A stretch of DNA of 63,196 nucleotides, filler included, from Stramenopiles sp. TOSAG23-3 (taxonomy: Eukaryota), in assembly GCA_900128585.1 (NCBI GenBank). It is 7 parts of 7 records of this genome, joined end to end, with 100 filler letters (N's around TTAATTAATTAA, not from the genome) between each part and the next. Parts side by side here need not be neighbours in the genome. Positions count along the whole stretch, not along the records: positions 23,950 to 35,778 come from LT642723.1; positions 35,879 to 47,656 come from LT642724.1; 5 more parts are not named here. The stretch is one strand, 5' to 3'. This document shows, piece after piece, positions 31,223-43,079 of the stretch (position 1 is its first letter; the number at the start of each line of letters is the position of its first letter). Position numbers and translations under genes: made by a program. The notes below the pieces were generated by a model that was not told where the DNA came from, did not search any database, and worked only from the letters and a program-made list of their open reading frames with translations.

Positions 31223-31883
31223 GGCGTCGCCAAACGCAAACAGTAAACGAACGTTTTACATTTATTTTCATATCGCTTTATTTTTCATCTCGTTTTTTAA
31301 AAGTATGATGTGTGAGAGATATGATAAAAAAAAAGTTTTTTACATTTTTTTTTTAAATGTGGTGGTGGTATAATAGAAATACCACATATACCACACCACC
31401 ATGTCGTTCTTCTTCTTCTTCTCAATGCTGTGGTGCTATACATTTAATTATAATTAGTTCTATATCTTCTAAAATATCGAACCTAAAAAATAGACTAATA
31501 ATAATAACGGTTGAGATGAAATCATGAGATGCTGTGTAAGCTTCAAAACAAAAAGAAGAAGGAAGGAAGAAAAAACAAAACAAAAAATGCGAAAAAAAAT
31601 AATAATCCACCACGCCAACAAAAAAACAAACAGACACATTCATTTTTTGTTTGTATAAATTATTCTCTTTTTCATTCCACTATTTACATCGTAATACTTC
31701 ATTATATGAATGTAAAGAAAAGCAAAGTATCAAGCATGTGTTTCTTGTACGTTTTTTTTTTTAAAATAGAAAGAACTCGTCAAAGAAGTACATTCGCTTT
31801 CTGGGAGTTGCGCGGGCGTTTTTCTGTTGAGGGTGGGTATTGCTAGGTGCCCTGCTTTTTTTTCTTTCTGTTTTGTTGTAGGC

Positions 31884-33956
31884 ATGTCCAATAGTAATTT
31901 GAGGGCGGCGAAGGCCGCGAAACTACAGAAACGGGATAATACAAAAATTACCACCTACAAATCGGATGTGTTTCTGCTGGAGGCGAGGGCCGACAAATTA
32001 AGGCGTTACCGTGGACCGAATCCGCCAAAGATGGTCCTACGCCCCAATGTGAAACGCCACGGTGTGGGGAAGGGGTCTGGAAACGCTACGGAGAAGCAGA
32101 TAGACGATATTATTGACGGCAACAAACAGCCCACGGCCGTCGTAAAACGGTACGAATACGCGTCCGTGAACGAAACAGCGTGCAGCCTTGCGACCGATTT
32201 GGAGCTGAAGCAGTTAATCCAAGATAAAATGGTTCTCGTAGAAAACTTACTGGTCGCCGCGACAAAGGGGACGGAGGCAGCAATAAACAGCAAGGCCATC
32301 GAAGACGTGGACAAAACGTTTGCTGCGGGCTCGCCAAGCCTGTCTCGCTTGCCGAGCTACATGGGGGTGATCGACCGCTGCCTGCACCTTCACAAATTGT
32401 TGTGCCAGACCAAAGACGCCCTGGACGCGTCGTTGTCCCGGGAAAAGAAGCTAGTAGAACAGAACCGCTCGATGCCTGCCCCTGCCGCCAACGTGTTCCC
32501 GTCCGATTCGCAGCGCCGCGACGCCGGGGAAGCGCCAGCCTCCGCGCGCAGCAGCGGCGAAACCCCGGAGAGCAACCCTGCGAATGGGAAAGTGGAGGCA
32601 CTGGAGAGCGAGCTGGAAAAATGGAAAAGTGTTGTAAAAGAAATGGAAAGCGAGCATTTGAAGGAGTTGGAAAATTCGTCCAACAAGGGGAGCGAGGCGT
32701 TTCAAAAGAAGCTAAAGTCGGTAGTGGAGGGTTACGAAAGCGACACGAAGAAGATTCAGGCGAGGTTGGCAACGGTCGAGATGGGCAGTAGCAAAAAGGA
32801 TAGCGAGATAGAGAGTTTAAAGGCGGCCAACAAAACGTTAAAAGAGGACTTTGCTATTGCACAAAAAGAGCTAGAGATCGCGCTGGGAAAGTTGAGCAAA
32901 GCCTCGAACGGGTCCAACGACCACGCGCAGGAGATCCAGGCCGTGAAGGACAAGCTTGTGGCCTTGGAGAAGGCGGGGGAAACAAAAGACGAGAGGGTCA
33001 AGGACTTGGAGTTGGAAACGACGACTTTGAACGTGTCTACGGCCAGTTTGCAGAAGGAGCTGCAGCTGGCGCTCGATAGCCTGCAGGCTGCGACGGCAAA
33101 CAGGGACAAGTTGCAAGAGGAACTAAAATCTTATGTCGATGATCAGCAATCGAAAGCAGAAGGCGAAACAAAGCAAGCGGAGGAATTTATGAAGCGCATC
33201 GAAGAGTTGAACGCCGAGTTGGTCTCGGTCAGGGAGGCCGCTGCAAAGTACGACCAAGTCGACGAGATGGTTGTGAAACTTCGCATTGAGATGATGGACA
33301 AAGAGAGCAAGTGGAAGCAACGTGAGAAGGAGCTTGTGGATGCGGGAATTGCCACGCTGGCCCGAGAGAAAGAGTTGGAAACAAGCCGGGACGACGCGGT
33401 GAAGAAAGCAAACGACTTGTTACAGTCCCACAACGAGTCGGTCGGGAAGCTTAAGACAAAGCTGCGAGCGGCAGAGGCTGTCCCGGCACGAATCGAACGG
33501 ATGAGCAAGGATGCAAGCTCAAGGTACCACGAGATGGTCGGACAGCTGCAGCTTCAAATATCAAAGATGAAACAGCAGAGTTCCGTCGACGAGGGCACGA
33601 TGAAATCCCTCAAAGAAGAGGCGAGTATACTGCGCAAACAGATCGATGACATCTCCCAGAGTCGGGCCGACGCAGCAATGCGCGCAAGCGGGCTGTCGAA
33701 ACAGGAATTCGAGGACACGTTCGAGGCGGTTATGCGGGAAGAGTTCGATGCGATGCGTGCCGCGTACGAGAAGCGGTTGGAGGGGAAACGCTCGGAGATA
33801 GAGACCATCAAGCGATCTTGCAATCGTGAAGTGAGGGAGGCGATTGAGAAGTCGAAGGCTGGAGTCGTTCGCATGGACATGACCGTTCGGAGGAAAGAGG
33901 CAGAGATCGAACATTTGCTCGAACAGTTGGAAGAGTGCAGGACGGGAGACAAATAA
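31884..33956 (+). CDS. Long coiled-coil protein, function unknown
   Basis: About 690 aa ORF rich in E/K/A/L heptads. The first ATG is at 31884. Confidence 0.8.
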   Translation: MSNSNLRAAKAAKLQKRDNTKITTYKSDVFLLEARADKLRRYRGPNPPKMVLRPNVKRHGVGKGSGNATEKQIDDIIDGNKQPTAVVKRYEYASVNETACSLATDLELKQLIQDKMVLVENLLVAATKGTEAAINSKAIEDVDKTFAAGSPSLSRLPSYMGVIDRCLHLHKLLCQTKDALDASLSREKKLVEQNRSMPAPAANVFPSDSQRRDAGEAPASARSSGETPESNPANGKVEALESELEKWKSVVKEMESEHLKELENSSNKGSEAFQKKLKSVVEGYESDTKKIQARLATVEMGSSKKDSEIESLKAANKTLKEDFAIAQKELEIALGKLSKASNGSNDHAQEIQAVKDKLVALEKAGETKDERVKDLELETTTLNVSTASLQKELQLALDSLQAATANRDKLQEELKSYVDDQQSKAEGETKQAEEFMKRIEELNAELVSVREAAAKYDQVDEMVVKLRIEMMDKESKWKQREKELVDAGIATLAREKELETSRDDAVKKANDLLQSHNESVGKLKTKLRAAEAVPARIERMSKDASSRYHEMVGQLQLQISKMKQQSSVDEGTMKSLKEEASILRKQIDDISQSRADAAMRASGLSKQEFEDTFEAVMREEFDAMRAAYEKRLEGKRSEIETIKRSCNREVREAIEKSKAGVVRMDMTVRRKEAEIEHLLEQLEECRTGDK

Positions 33957-34068
33957 GAGCGAGAGAGAACCTCTTTCACAAAAATTCAAAAAATTTCTTT
34001 TAATTCTTACAATTGTTAGGAGTACTTGCCTTACCACCACCTATATGTTTTATTTCGCTCTTCCCGTT

Positions 34069-35070
34069 TCAAAGGGAGGGGTAGCGTTGTTTCTTTCCAG
34101 AGGCCATGTCTCGTTCATCACGTTCCGTCTCGACAACGACCTCTTCCACCACAACACTTCTACCGTCACTCCCGTCTTCCTGAACGGTGGAAAACCCTAC
34201 CCGTAGCATGTCGAAACGGAACCGGTTTATTGTTTTCCCCCCGTCTTCTCCACCTTTGTTGCGCCTCTTGCTGCTGTACGAAGTCAATGGTCGAACGTCT
34301 TTGGACAGCAGTTCGATGAGGGCACGGCATACTTTCTCCCCGTCCGTGTAATGACGCAGCCGCCCGTTTTCCGCCGCGTCCCGTATCTCTTCTTTCTGGC
34401 TGTCCAAAATCGTCACGTGGTGGGGCGTTCGCTCAACATCAATGCCGCACCAGCGCGGTGTCAGCGCAACGGGTACACTATCGTACGGCGTCACGTACGG
34501 CTTTATGTCCACCACGGGCGTCCCATCCACCAGGTCTATGGCCGAAAGGACCACCGTCCGTTTGGTACACAAGACTTTTTCGATTTTCGCCAGCGTGATG
34601 CCCAGCGCGTTCGGGCGGTGCGGCGTCCTCGTTGCAAACAGGCCGATCGACTTTCCTTTCAGCGCCGGCGGCTTTACCTTGGGCCGAAAACTATGGCGAT
34701 GGTCCAAGTGGGTCCTACTTGTCAGGCTAAAGTTGGTGTTTTGGTGAAAAATGAAGAGTACCCAAACGTGCGAAAAATTCTCTAGCCCTTCCAGGGCCGC
34801 GTAGGGGACTCGCTTGTGAAATACTATTTTCCCCTTCGTAGACGGGGCAAAGCTGCCCTGGCGCGGAGTTCCACGGCACTCTCTGAAACACGACTTCACG
34901 ACCCCGATTTCGTAAATAGGAAAGTGCGTCGACGAAGCAGCCTTTTTCCCCCCACCCTTGCCATTTTTCTTCTGGGCAGCCCGCCGCCTAACGTCTCGCA
35001 CCCGAGAAGCGCACAGGGCCGAGCACGCCAACAGGGAGAAAAGGAAGGGTGCCCCAGGATACTCGGCCAT
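34069..35070 (-). CDS. TRMO: tRNA (adenine37-N6)-methyltransferase TrmO/TsaA
   Basis: Motifs IGVVKSCF...GTPRQG, LEGLENFSHVWVLFIFHQN, GLFATRTPHRPNALG and DLVDGTPVVDIKPY. Confidence 0.93.
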   Translation of the reverse strand: MAEYPGAPFLFSLLACSALCASRVRDVRRRAAQKKNGKGGGKKAASSTHFPIYEIGVVKSCFRECRGTPRQGSFAPSTKGKIVFHKRVPYAALEGLENFSHVWVLFIFHQNTNFSLTSRTHLDHRHSFRPKVKPPALKGKSIGLFATRTPHRPNALGITLAKIEKVLCTKRTVVLSAIDLVDGTPVVDIKPYVTPYDSVPVALTPRWCGIDVERTPHHVTILDSQKEEIRDAAENGRLRHYTDGEKVCRALIELLSKDVRPLTSYSSKRRNKGGEDGGKTINRFRFDMLRVGFSTVQEDGSDGRSVVVEEVVVETERDERDMASGKKQRYPSL

Positions 35071-36460
35071 AATAAACAACGCGTATGTACACGCTTTACT
35101 CAAACGGGAAAATGCCTCAATCAACCTTCAAATATTTACTTACATATATATACATGCATATACACAACTTCACAAATCTTTCCCGTCGATTTCAATATAA
35201 TTCATCATTCATATATTTATTAAAATAGAAGAAAGAAGAAGAAGAAAAAAAAGAAGAGAGAGCAGTAATAAAAAAAAAAAAAAGTAGTAGTTTTTTTTTT
35301 TAATAATAATAATAATATTTTTTTAAAGACTAGACTACCGCTACCGCCGTACTGTAAAAATATAATAATTATTTATTATTATTATTATTTTTTTACCCTT
35401 CATTCCACCCCGATCCCCATCACTCCCATCCCACCGCGTCCCTATCATCTTTATACTTGTACGAAGTTAAATTCGTATTCTCCACATCATGAATAAAATA
35501 AAAAATAAAATCGCTTCTTTTCTTTTTTTTCTTCCTTCCTCCTCTATTTTTTTTCTTTTTGATGTTCTTCCACTGTCTGATATATGAATACAGTACACAC
35601 AACACATAAAAACTAGTCTTTATATATAGAAAACTAACTTCTTTCTTTCTTCTTGTTTCTTTCTTCTTTCTTTCTTTCTTCTTCTTTCTTTCTTCTTCTT
35701 TCTTCTTTCTTCGTTCTTCTTCTTTCATTCTTCTTTCTTCGTTCTTCTTCTTTCTCGTTCTTTCTTTCTTTCTTTCTTNNNNNNNNNNNNNNNNNNNNNN
35801 NNNNNNNNNNNNNNNNNNNNNNTTAATTAATTAANNNNNNNNNNNNNNNNNNNNNNNNNNNNNNNNNNNNNNNNNNNNATTTTTTGTTTTTCTTTGTTTG
35901 CATGCTATTAACTGTTTTTTTTTTGAGATTTTTCCTATCTAACATATGCTTATTTGCGTACTTGTAAAATACTCTACACTACTACTATATCAAAGTGTTT
36001 CCCGTAAAAACGTCACTTTCGTATATATCTTAAGATATAATAAAATCTATATATTGTTTTTCTCACGTTTAAAAAAAACGAGAGATAAAAAAACGTGATC
36101 AAATGAATCATTCAATTCAATAATCAACAACTTTTAGAAAAAAAAACCGTTTTAAAGCGTCCGTGACAATCCTGTGTGCCTGTCTCTCGGGTTCAGAATT
36201 GTTTTCTTAAACAGTTTTCTCTCCTCTTAAAATTAACTTCGAAATAAAAAAGATTTCAGAGGATAAACGACTATCTGTGTGTTACTTGAAATATTTGAAG
36301 ACTTAAAATTGAGTCGTTAAAACATGCCCTACATTTCTACTCATAAGAGGAGCCTCCATTTCTTTCTGTCGTCGCAGCACAACCATAAAATAATGATCCC
36401 GGAGTCGCGTTATACAAAGGTCAATCAGAATGGAGTCATTTTTCAGGAAATTTGTAACTA

Positions 36461-38830
36461 CTATACAAAAAGATTGCCTTCTTCGCAAACTATAGTTTCG
36501 ACGTCACGGTATATGCCATGAAAACAGTTTGAACACATAAATTGCAGAAGTCTGGTTTTGCTTGATGTGTCAAGTTTGTTAATCTGGGGGCAGGCAAGAA
36601 ATTCATTGACTAATTCTTTTGTATACGAATTTACCAGCTTTGCAGTCACTGGTCGGCTTAGTTGGTGCTTTAAGCTTGATTTTAAAAAAATCGATAAATT
36701 ATTTGCCCTAGAAGAGAAGGTGCTCTCAATCTGTTTTCTTCCACTACCGCAAATCTCAGTTGAAAATATTTTCTCTCTAGCAAGATCCTGGACTTGATGC
36801 TGGATATATGCAAAAAGCATTGCCAAAGATAAATTTCCCGATGTCAACATCCAACGAACAAATTGAGCAAGAAAAACAATCTTTTGCAGCTCGGTCGCTT
36901 TATTTCGATGTATACAAGTCGATAGCTCTTCAAATATTTCATCTTTTAGTTGAAAAATTAGTCGTTGGTGATACTTTTTATCCAAGCGACTTGTTACCTT
37001 CAAAAACGAACGCATATGCTCGCCAGAACCCCCTTTTGAATTTAGGAAAGCCTTGATCATGTAATTTCCAACAGAAGGGTACAATGTCCAAGGTAATCTA
37101 CTTATGTGATGTTGTAAATTATTTGTTTCGGTAAAAAATATAAGGTTTTGAACAAAAGAAAACAAGGAGCTTTCAGAATCGCTACTGATATATGTTTCTT
37201 CTTTAAGTAACCCGTGGCAAGCAGAATCAATTAATGTGTTTGACGAGTACCCTAGATTTTTTGCATGTCGCAATCGAATAACTGTATCAAGAATAAGACG
37301 AAACTGGGTTTTTGTCTCTGCACACTCGTTCATGTGAAATCCACATTCTGATATTAAAGAACAACACAAGCATATTTTGAGACCAAAAAAGTCTTTGATA
37401 CACATATTTAACAGACAAAATATATGTTCAGGAGGACAATTTCCGAATTTATACAACACAGCTAAATATTTGGAGCACACCATAGTACAATATGTGTACT
37501 GGCGTCCCTTTCTTTCAACATAAGACACAATTTTCTTTAATGCTGTCCGCATAAATGATATTGCTATATCCGAGTCGTATTTACTACATACGGCAATCGC
37601 TCTGCAATAATATGGGACCAATCTCAATCTTATGTCGGAGAATGAAGCAAGTTCTTTTATGAAGTCTTTCTTCCTATACGACAGAATATATCGCCCAAAA
37701 CGCTTCAAAGATGAATCAAACGATTTAATATTTTGTGTCTCAAAGATAGATAATAAAGAATCCGCATGGAGTGCTACAGCTACGTCAATATTTTGTTTAG
37801 TATCAATTCCGCCCATAGCCATTATTGGTAACTGTACTTCGGCACAGAAAAAGGCTTCTTCTTCTTCATTTTCCCATATAGATTCTGAGGCAAGTTCAGT
37901 TTCCCGTTTATGAATTATTTCCTTGGCTTCTTCCTCTACTTTATGCAAAGCGTCGCATATATTTGTCGCTTTGCTATCATCACGAGATTGCACCAACAAT
38001 GCCAAATGCAAAATACAGGTCTTTAACTTATTCAGTGGGTGGTCATTCGGTAAACTTGTAAACATTGAATTTCCCTGGGTCCTTTCTTTATATTTTTGCT
38101 TCCAAATCTGGACTGCAAGTTCTAGAGTTTCAATAATGTCGTCCTCTACCCTCTTCATTTTACAAGGTGTCACTCGTTCGTAGACGGAAACTTTATTTTC
38201 GTGTTCAAGAACTTCTGATACGTGGAACAATTTTTTTATGCCTCGGCATATAACATTTGCATTGCTAATTAAATCTATCAATGTATTCAAATCGATGCAC
38301 TGTTGATCAGTAGAAAGTTTTAGCAGCGTGGACGAAACGACGGACGCAATATCAGCGAACTCCCATACAACCCCCTTGTTATATAATTTGCAAAGTATAG
38401 CTATAAGACTATTGTTTTTCCGGTTCTGTATTCTTCCCTCCCTAGCATCAATTATGGCCTCGGACGATATGCTTTCAATTATAGATTCAGTAATTCCATC
38501 ATAACGAGAGTGGAGAAGCTGTAGAATATTTATAAAGGAATTTTCATCAAAGTTGTCTAGTAATAATGTATGCTCAAGAGCTTTTGAAATCTCATCAACA
38601 AATCTTGTCAAGTTGACAGTATGAATAATGCGTTCGATTTGCTGGAAGTTATCCGTGTTAGGATGTTTAATTTTTCTCAGAAAAATATTTATGCTTTTGA
38701 GGTTCGGTTTGAGTTGTTTTTTTGTCTTATTCCACTCCCTCCGAATCCCAACCAAGCGTTTCGGCGAAAAGAATTTCCTCTCGTGTATGCCCTTGGAGCT
38801 TACACTTTGTATAGAAGTTTCAGAACTCAT
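36461..38830 (-). CDS. UPF2: Divergent UPF2-like MIF4G protein (nonsense-mediated decay)
   Basis: LKPNLKSINIFLRKIK...VNLTRFVDEI resembles LDSSLKKNTAFVKKLK...LNLSKYIAE. SIWENEEEEAFF, LVPYYCRAIA, LYKFG and RLPW follow in UPF2 order. Confidence 0.7.
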   Translation of the reverse strand: MSSETSIQSVSSKGIHERKFFSPKRLVGIRREWNKTKKQLKPNLKSINIFLRKIKHPNTDNFQQIERIIHTVNLTRFVDEISKALEHTLLLDNFDENSFINILQLLHSRYDGITESIIESISSEAIIDAREGRIQNRKNNSLIAILCKLYNKGVVWEFADIASVVSSTLLKLSTDQQCIDLNTLIDLISNANVICRGIKKLFHVSEVLEHENKVSVYERVTPCKMKRVEDDIIETLELAVQIWKQKYKERTQGNSMFTSLPNDHPLNKLKTCILHLALLVQSRDDSKATNICDALHKVEEEAKEIIHKRETELASESIWENEEEEAFFCAEVQLPIMAMGGIDTKQNIDVAVALHADSLLSIFETQNIKSFDSSLKRFGRYILSYRKKDFIKELASFSDIRLRLVPYYCRAIAVCSKYDSDIAISFMRTALKKIVSYVERKGRQYTYCTMVCSKYLAVLYKFGNCPPEHIFCLLNMCIKDFFGLKICLCCSLISECGFHMNECAETKTQFRLILDTVIRLRHAKNLGYSSNTLIDSACHGLLKEETYISSDSESSLFSFVQNLIFFTETNNLQHHISRLPWTLYPSVGNYMIKAFLNSKGGSGEHMRSFLKVTSRLDKKYHQRLIFQLKDEIFEELSTCIHRNKATELQKIVFLAQFVRWMLTSGNLSLAMLFAYIQHQVQDLAREKIFSTEICGSGRKQIESTFSSRANNLSIFLKSSLKHQLSRPVTAKLVNSYTKELVNEFLACPQINKLDTSSKTRLLQFMCSNCFHGIYRDVETIVCEEGNLFV

Positions 38831-40074
38831 GCTTTCCGCCTCCGTATACAGAAGTCGTGCTCCAAAAATGAAAAACTCGAGAACAGAAATTAAAACTTTG
38901 CCTTATTAGGTGAGCGCCGCAATTGTTGTCTGGTACTCGAAATTATATGCATGTTGCTTAAAATTTTCTTTCAGTTGTGTTTGTTGTTTCTGTTGTAGAA
39001 GAAAGACGAAAAAAAAAGATTTGAAATAATTAATAATAATAGATAGTCGTCTATTATTATTTTTTATTAAAAAAAATAAGAGGAGTTGTCAGCAGTGTAC
39101 AGCAGTGTTCATAGTGTGGAAGTTTTTTTTTGTTGTTGTTGTTGTTGTTGTTGGGTTTATTTGTTCAGGTTTTTTGTTGTGTTGTTGTTGTTGGTCACAT
39201 TTTTTTTTCTTTTTTTTTTGTTAAACTGTTGCCCCCCCCTTCTTCGGGCCAGAACCCTCCCTGATCGTAGTGTTTTAATGGAATATTTAAAATTTTTATT
39301 TAACTTATTATTCTTAACTCTATTATGTGGGGCAATAGCATAAATATAATTGTTGTGAAGAACAGAATATTTTGAGTTCGTTTTTACAGGGTGTTATAAA
39401 ATTTTCCCTGCGCCCTCATTTTACTTAAAAAAGGATTAAAGTTTTATAAAATGAGATTACGGGACCGTATTCTCACATGTGGTACGAAAATGATGTTTTT
39501 CTGTTATCATCTCTTTGTACATTTTCTGTTGTAGTGCGAAAAGATGTTTTTTCTCGTATTTTTTTACTCAACTTACAGGAATGTGATAGATTCAGTTGTT
39601 TATTCCAATTCTATACATAAAATTAAGTAAGAATTCCTTATTTTTTAGTAATCCAATTACCCCATTACAAGCTAAAATCGCCGTATCAATACAAAACTGT
39701 GTACCGTTGCGGTTTCGTTAATTCCTGATGGCATTCAAGTAGCTTATGTACACGGGTTTCCGAATGTGATACTACGACAATTAGTTGTGTGGTGAAACAG
39801 AATTTGGTACAATTTCAATATTCTAACAAGACCTAATAAAATTAGAAAAACATAATGTACTAAATTTTAGTGTATCTGATTCTCCAAGTGACTCCGACGA
39901 GTTCAGTAAAGAAGTGATCTACTCACAAGGGTCTCCACAGATGGTTGATATTACCACGGATTTTGACTGGGATTTGGGTCGCTTTGTTGAGATCAAATCG
40001 CCTTTCACAAAAAAAAAAGAAATATTATCACCTGGTAATAATTCTTCTCATTGGAATAGGATCCACCACGACGG

Positions 40075-40316
40075 AACGAAACTAAAAATCAAATTAAAAA
40101 AATCAAGATAGGATTAGGGTTGGATTTGAAGTAGTAATTGATTTAAAATGAGAGTCTTAAAACATACTATATATTTTGGTCTCATATCAGAAGGTCAACG
40201 AAACGAAATTAAAAAATCAAATTAAACCATCAAGATAGGACTAGGGTTGGAACTGAAATCGTAATTGATATAAAACGAGAGTCTTAAAGCATACTATAAA
40301 TTATTTTTCAGAAGGT
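40075..40316 (+). repeat. Diverged tandem duplication of an about 120-bp unit carrying a dispersed motif
   Basis: Units 40075-40195 and 40202-40316 share aaaaatcaaattaaa..atcaagatagga.tagggttgga...gtaattgat.taaaa.gagagtcttaaa.catactata...tcagaaggt. The core also occurs at 3895-3922 and, reversed, at 47590-47610. Confidence 0.85.
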
Positions 40317-40361
40317 TAGGCAGAGGGCTCAAACTAATCAAATTGGAATGATTGTATCAAC

Positions 40362-41804
40362 CTAATCATCGCTATTTGGGTAATAATGCTTCATGCACAG
40401 CTTGATGGCAGAAACCCACGAGTGAACATTACCAGATTCGTCGGAAAGATGATAGGTTCTGTCCGGGGTAATCACATCAAACTTTTTTGTGCCGATAACA
40501 TCAACAATTAAGTCTCTGCTCCATGGGATTTCTCCTTTAAATTCCATTTCCTCTTCGTCGAAATAAATATACCTTGGTCTAACTCCCCCTGAAAGCAAGA
40601 TGAAAAATCGAAGCCGTGTAGAAAAGTACCGCCTCTTCCACAATTTTCCACAGTGTAAAACCTGTTCACCATCAAATATATACTTCCCCCATTTTTTGTC
40701 AACATCAACTTTCGTTTGTAGTTCGCTTACCATGGGTGATTTTGGGACACTATTTTCATGTTTCGTATTCAAACAAGAATCATCTTCAAACTGTTCATCT
40801 AAGTCTAGCAGTGAAAAATTTAAATTAGACCCATCTCTAGAAGGTGTTGAATATGAAGGAGAAGATGGTATGTAAGGAGCATCTTGTCTATGTAAATCTG
40901 ACCATTTAAAAGAGGGATCTTCAGAAAAAAACGGGTGAGACATTAAGGCTGGATAATCATTTCCAGATCCCATCTTTCCTGCACCCAACCTCAAACTAGA
41001 ATCTGCTGTTAGGAACGAAAGGATCAGTGTCTTTGAATGAAGGCCAATACTTGGTGGGAAAAAAAATGATTGTGGGCAAAAATTTCCAATTTCTTGAAAA
41101 GTTAAATACTCAGATTCTCCTTTAAAGGGTGGTCGCCCAACCAACATATGAAAAAAGATGCAACCTACAGCCCAAATATCACAGCCTATATCGACGGCTT
41201 CGTCTCTGAGAACTTCTGGCGAAACGTATTCAGCGCTACCAACAAACGCGACACGAAGGTGTTGATCACACGATCTTAAATTCAAAGCAGAACCAAAATC
41301 AACTATCTTAATATGCCCCGAACTAGACAGCAATATATTTTCTGGCTTTAAATCTCTGTGAACTACGCGCTTCTCGTGTAAGTACCGTAAGCCTGTTATT
41401 ATTTCACTCAAATAGAATCTTGCGAATCGGACAGGCAAGGCAAAATCTTTTGTTGTACATTTTTCTCGGTGAAAATCAATAACTTTGCGAAGTTCTCCCC
41501 CGGAACACAATTCAGTGATCATGATGAGACTATCGGTCGCTCGAAAAGAGCTAAACAGGCGTAGTATGTTTGGGTGTGATAGTGTTTGTAAAAGCTGTAC
41601 TTCTCGTAGTACAGCAGCTGTCTTTCCATGTTTTAAAATAAACCTAATATCCATGATTTTCGCAGCAAACAGATCGTCTTTATTAGCACTTTTGTATTGC
41701 GCAAGCAATACTTTGGCAAACGCACCCTCGCCCAACACGCGGCCAAATAAAAAGTCATGAGTACTGGGTTTCTTTCCTCCTGTGTTTGCAGTTAATGAAG
41801 ACAT
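40362..41804 (-). CDS. PDPK1: 3-phosphoinositide-dependent protein kinase 1 (AGC kinase + PH domain)
   Basis: Motifs DFLFGRVLGEGAFAKV, HRDLKPENILL, DFGSA, FVGSAEYVSPEVL and FKGESEYLTFQ. The C-terminal PH segment reads FKGEIPWS...TPDRTYHL. Confidence 0.93.
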   Translation of the reverse strand: MSSLTANTGGKKPSTHDFLFGRVLGEGAFAKVLLAQYKSANKDDLFAAKIMDIRFILKHGKTAAVLREVQLLQTLSHPNILRLFSSFRATDSLIMITELCSGGELRKVIDFHREKCTTKDFALPVRFARFYLSEIITGLRYLHEKRVVHRDLKPENILLSSSGHIKIVDFGSALNLRSCDQHLRVAFVGSAEYVSPEVLRDEAVDIGCDIWAVGCIFFHMLVGRPPFKGESEYLTFQEIGNFCPQSFFFPPSIGLHSKTLILSFLTADSSLRLGAGKMGSGNDYPALMSHPFFSEDPSFKWSDLHRQDAPYIPSSPSYSTPSRDGSNLNFSLLDLDEQFEDDSCLNTKHENSVPKSPMVSELQTKVDVDKKWGKYIFDGEQVLHCGKLWKRRYFSTRLRFFILLSGGVRPRYIYFDEEEMEFKGEIPWSRDLIVDVIGTKKFDVITPDRTYHLSDESGNVHSWVSAIKLCMKHYYPNSDD

Positions 41805-43079
41805 AAACACAGAACACAATTATTCACCAGGGAGAAAAAATGCAACTAACATGACGAAATGCTATAAATCTCCATGAAGGGGAAATTCTGGTAAACAGGG
41901 TACGTCTTGGATCGTTCACGGTCAATAAGTCGAAGACGTCGAAAACGTGATAGTACTGTCGTTTCTTGAAGACCACCTCTTTTCACGCCCACAACAAAAC
42001 ATCAGATAATCTAATTAGAGCCCCCCACCCCCGATCAACACAACAAAAAAGTTGAATATATTATTTTGAGACAAAAAACCTTATTTTGAGAGCCTATTGT
42101 GTATACGTAAAGAAGGGATTAGAAAGGACGTACGATGCAATTTTCAGTAAAGTAAAGAATGTTTTCTAATTTATAGTTATTTAAGTACATAAAAACTATT
42201 CATTAAATACATAGAATCGAGTAAATACACGATTTCTAATTCATGGTGGCTATATAAGACTTTACTGACATTTGGTTCGTCCGTCCCTCCTAATCCCTTA
42301 TTTACACAATAGGCTCTTCTAAATAAAGGGGGTTTCGTTATTTGGTGCTGTGTGGTGTAAATATAAATCACTTAGTGCGACAAAGCACAAATGAAAGAAG
42401 GGGCCTTATTTTACATTTAAGTGGCCTGTTACGATTCTCCTGCACCCTCTCAGGGACTAATCTTCTATCGAATTTATCCCGAAGGGTCATTTAGTTATGA
42501 TTTTGAACTGGACGCTCGAGGCTTAAGGAGTTCTCGACTAGTAGAATAAAAATAAGTCGTTCAGAACAGAAGGAAAATACTATATAATTATTATATATAC
42601 TATTCTCTTGATAAAAGATTTTAAAGATAATTAACTCGCACAACATCCTTTACTTTTCTCTAAAACTTATATACAGTAATAACGATACCTGGTCGGCCTT
42701 CAACAGGAAAAAGAAGCGTATGGTAAAAACACTATATACCACAGTAATCGATGCTACTACTATGTTAAAAGGACGAAGTTATATTCTCGTGATTTTTAAC
42801 AAAAGTGTCAACAGTTGTGAGAATAAACCGAAATAAATAGCTCGGAGCTCTTATTAATGGATGGATAGAGGGGATCAGGAAGGGGAAAGATTTCTCTATA
42901 AAGCGTCTTCCGTCGAACTGAGTCGGTGTTACCATGGCAATAGAGAAGTCCGGAGAAGATAATATTTCATTTATTGTAATTAAACATTTTTAAATTTACT
43001 GAACGCAACGGTATCGATTACAGCTTACCAAGCGTTGTCACTTAAATTGCGAAGATGAAGAAAGGGTAGTTTTAGCGAG

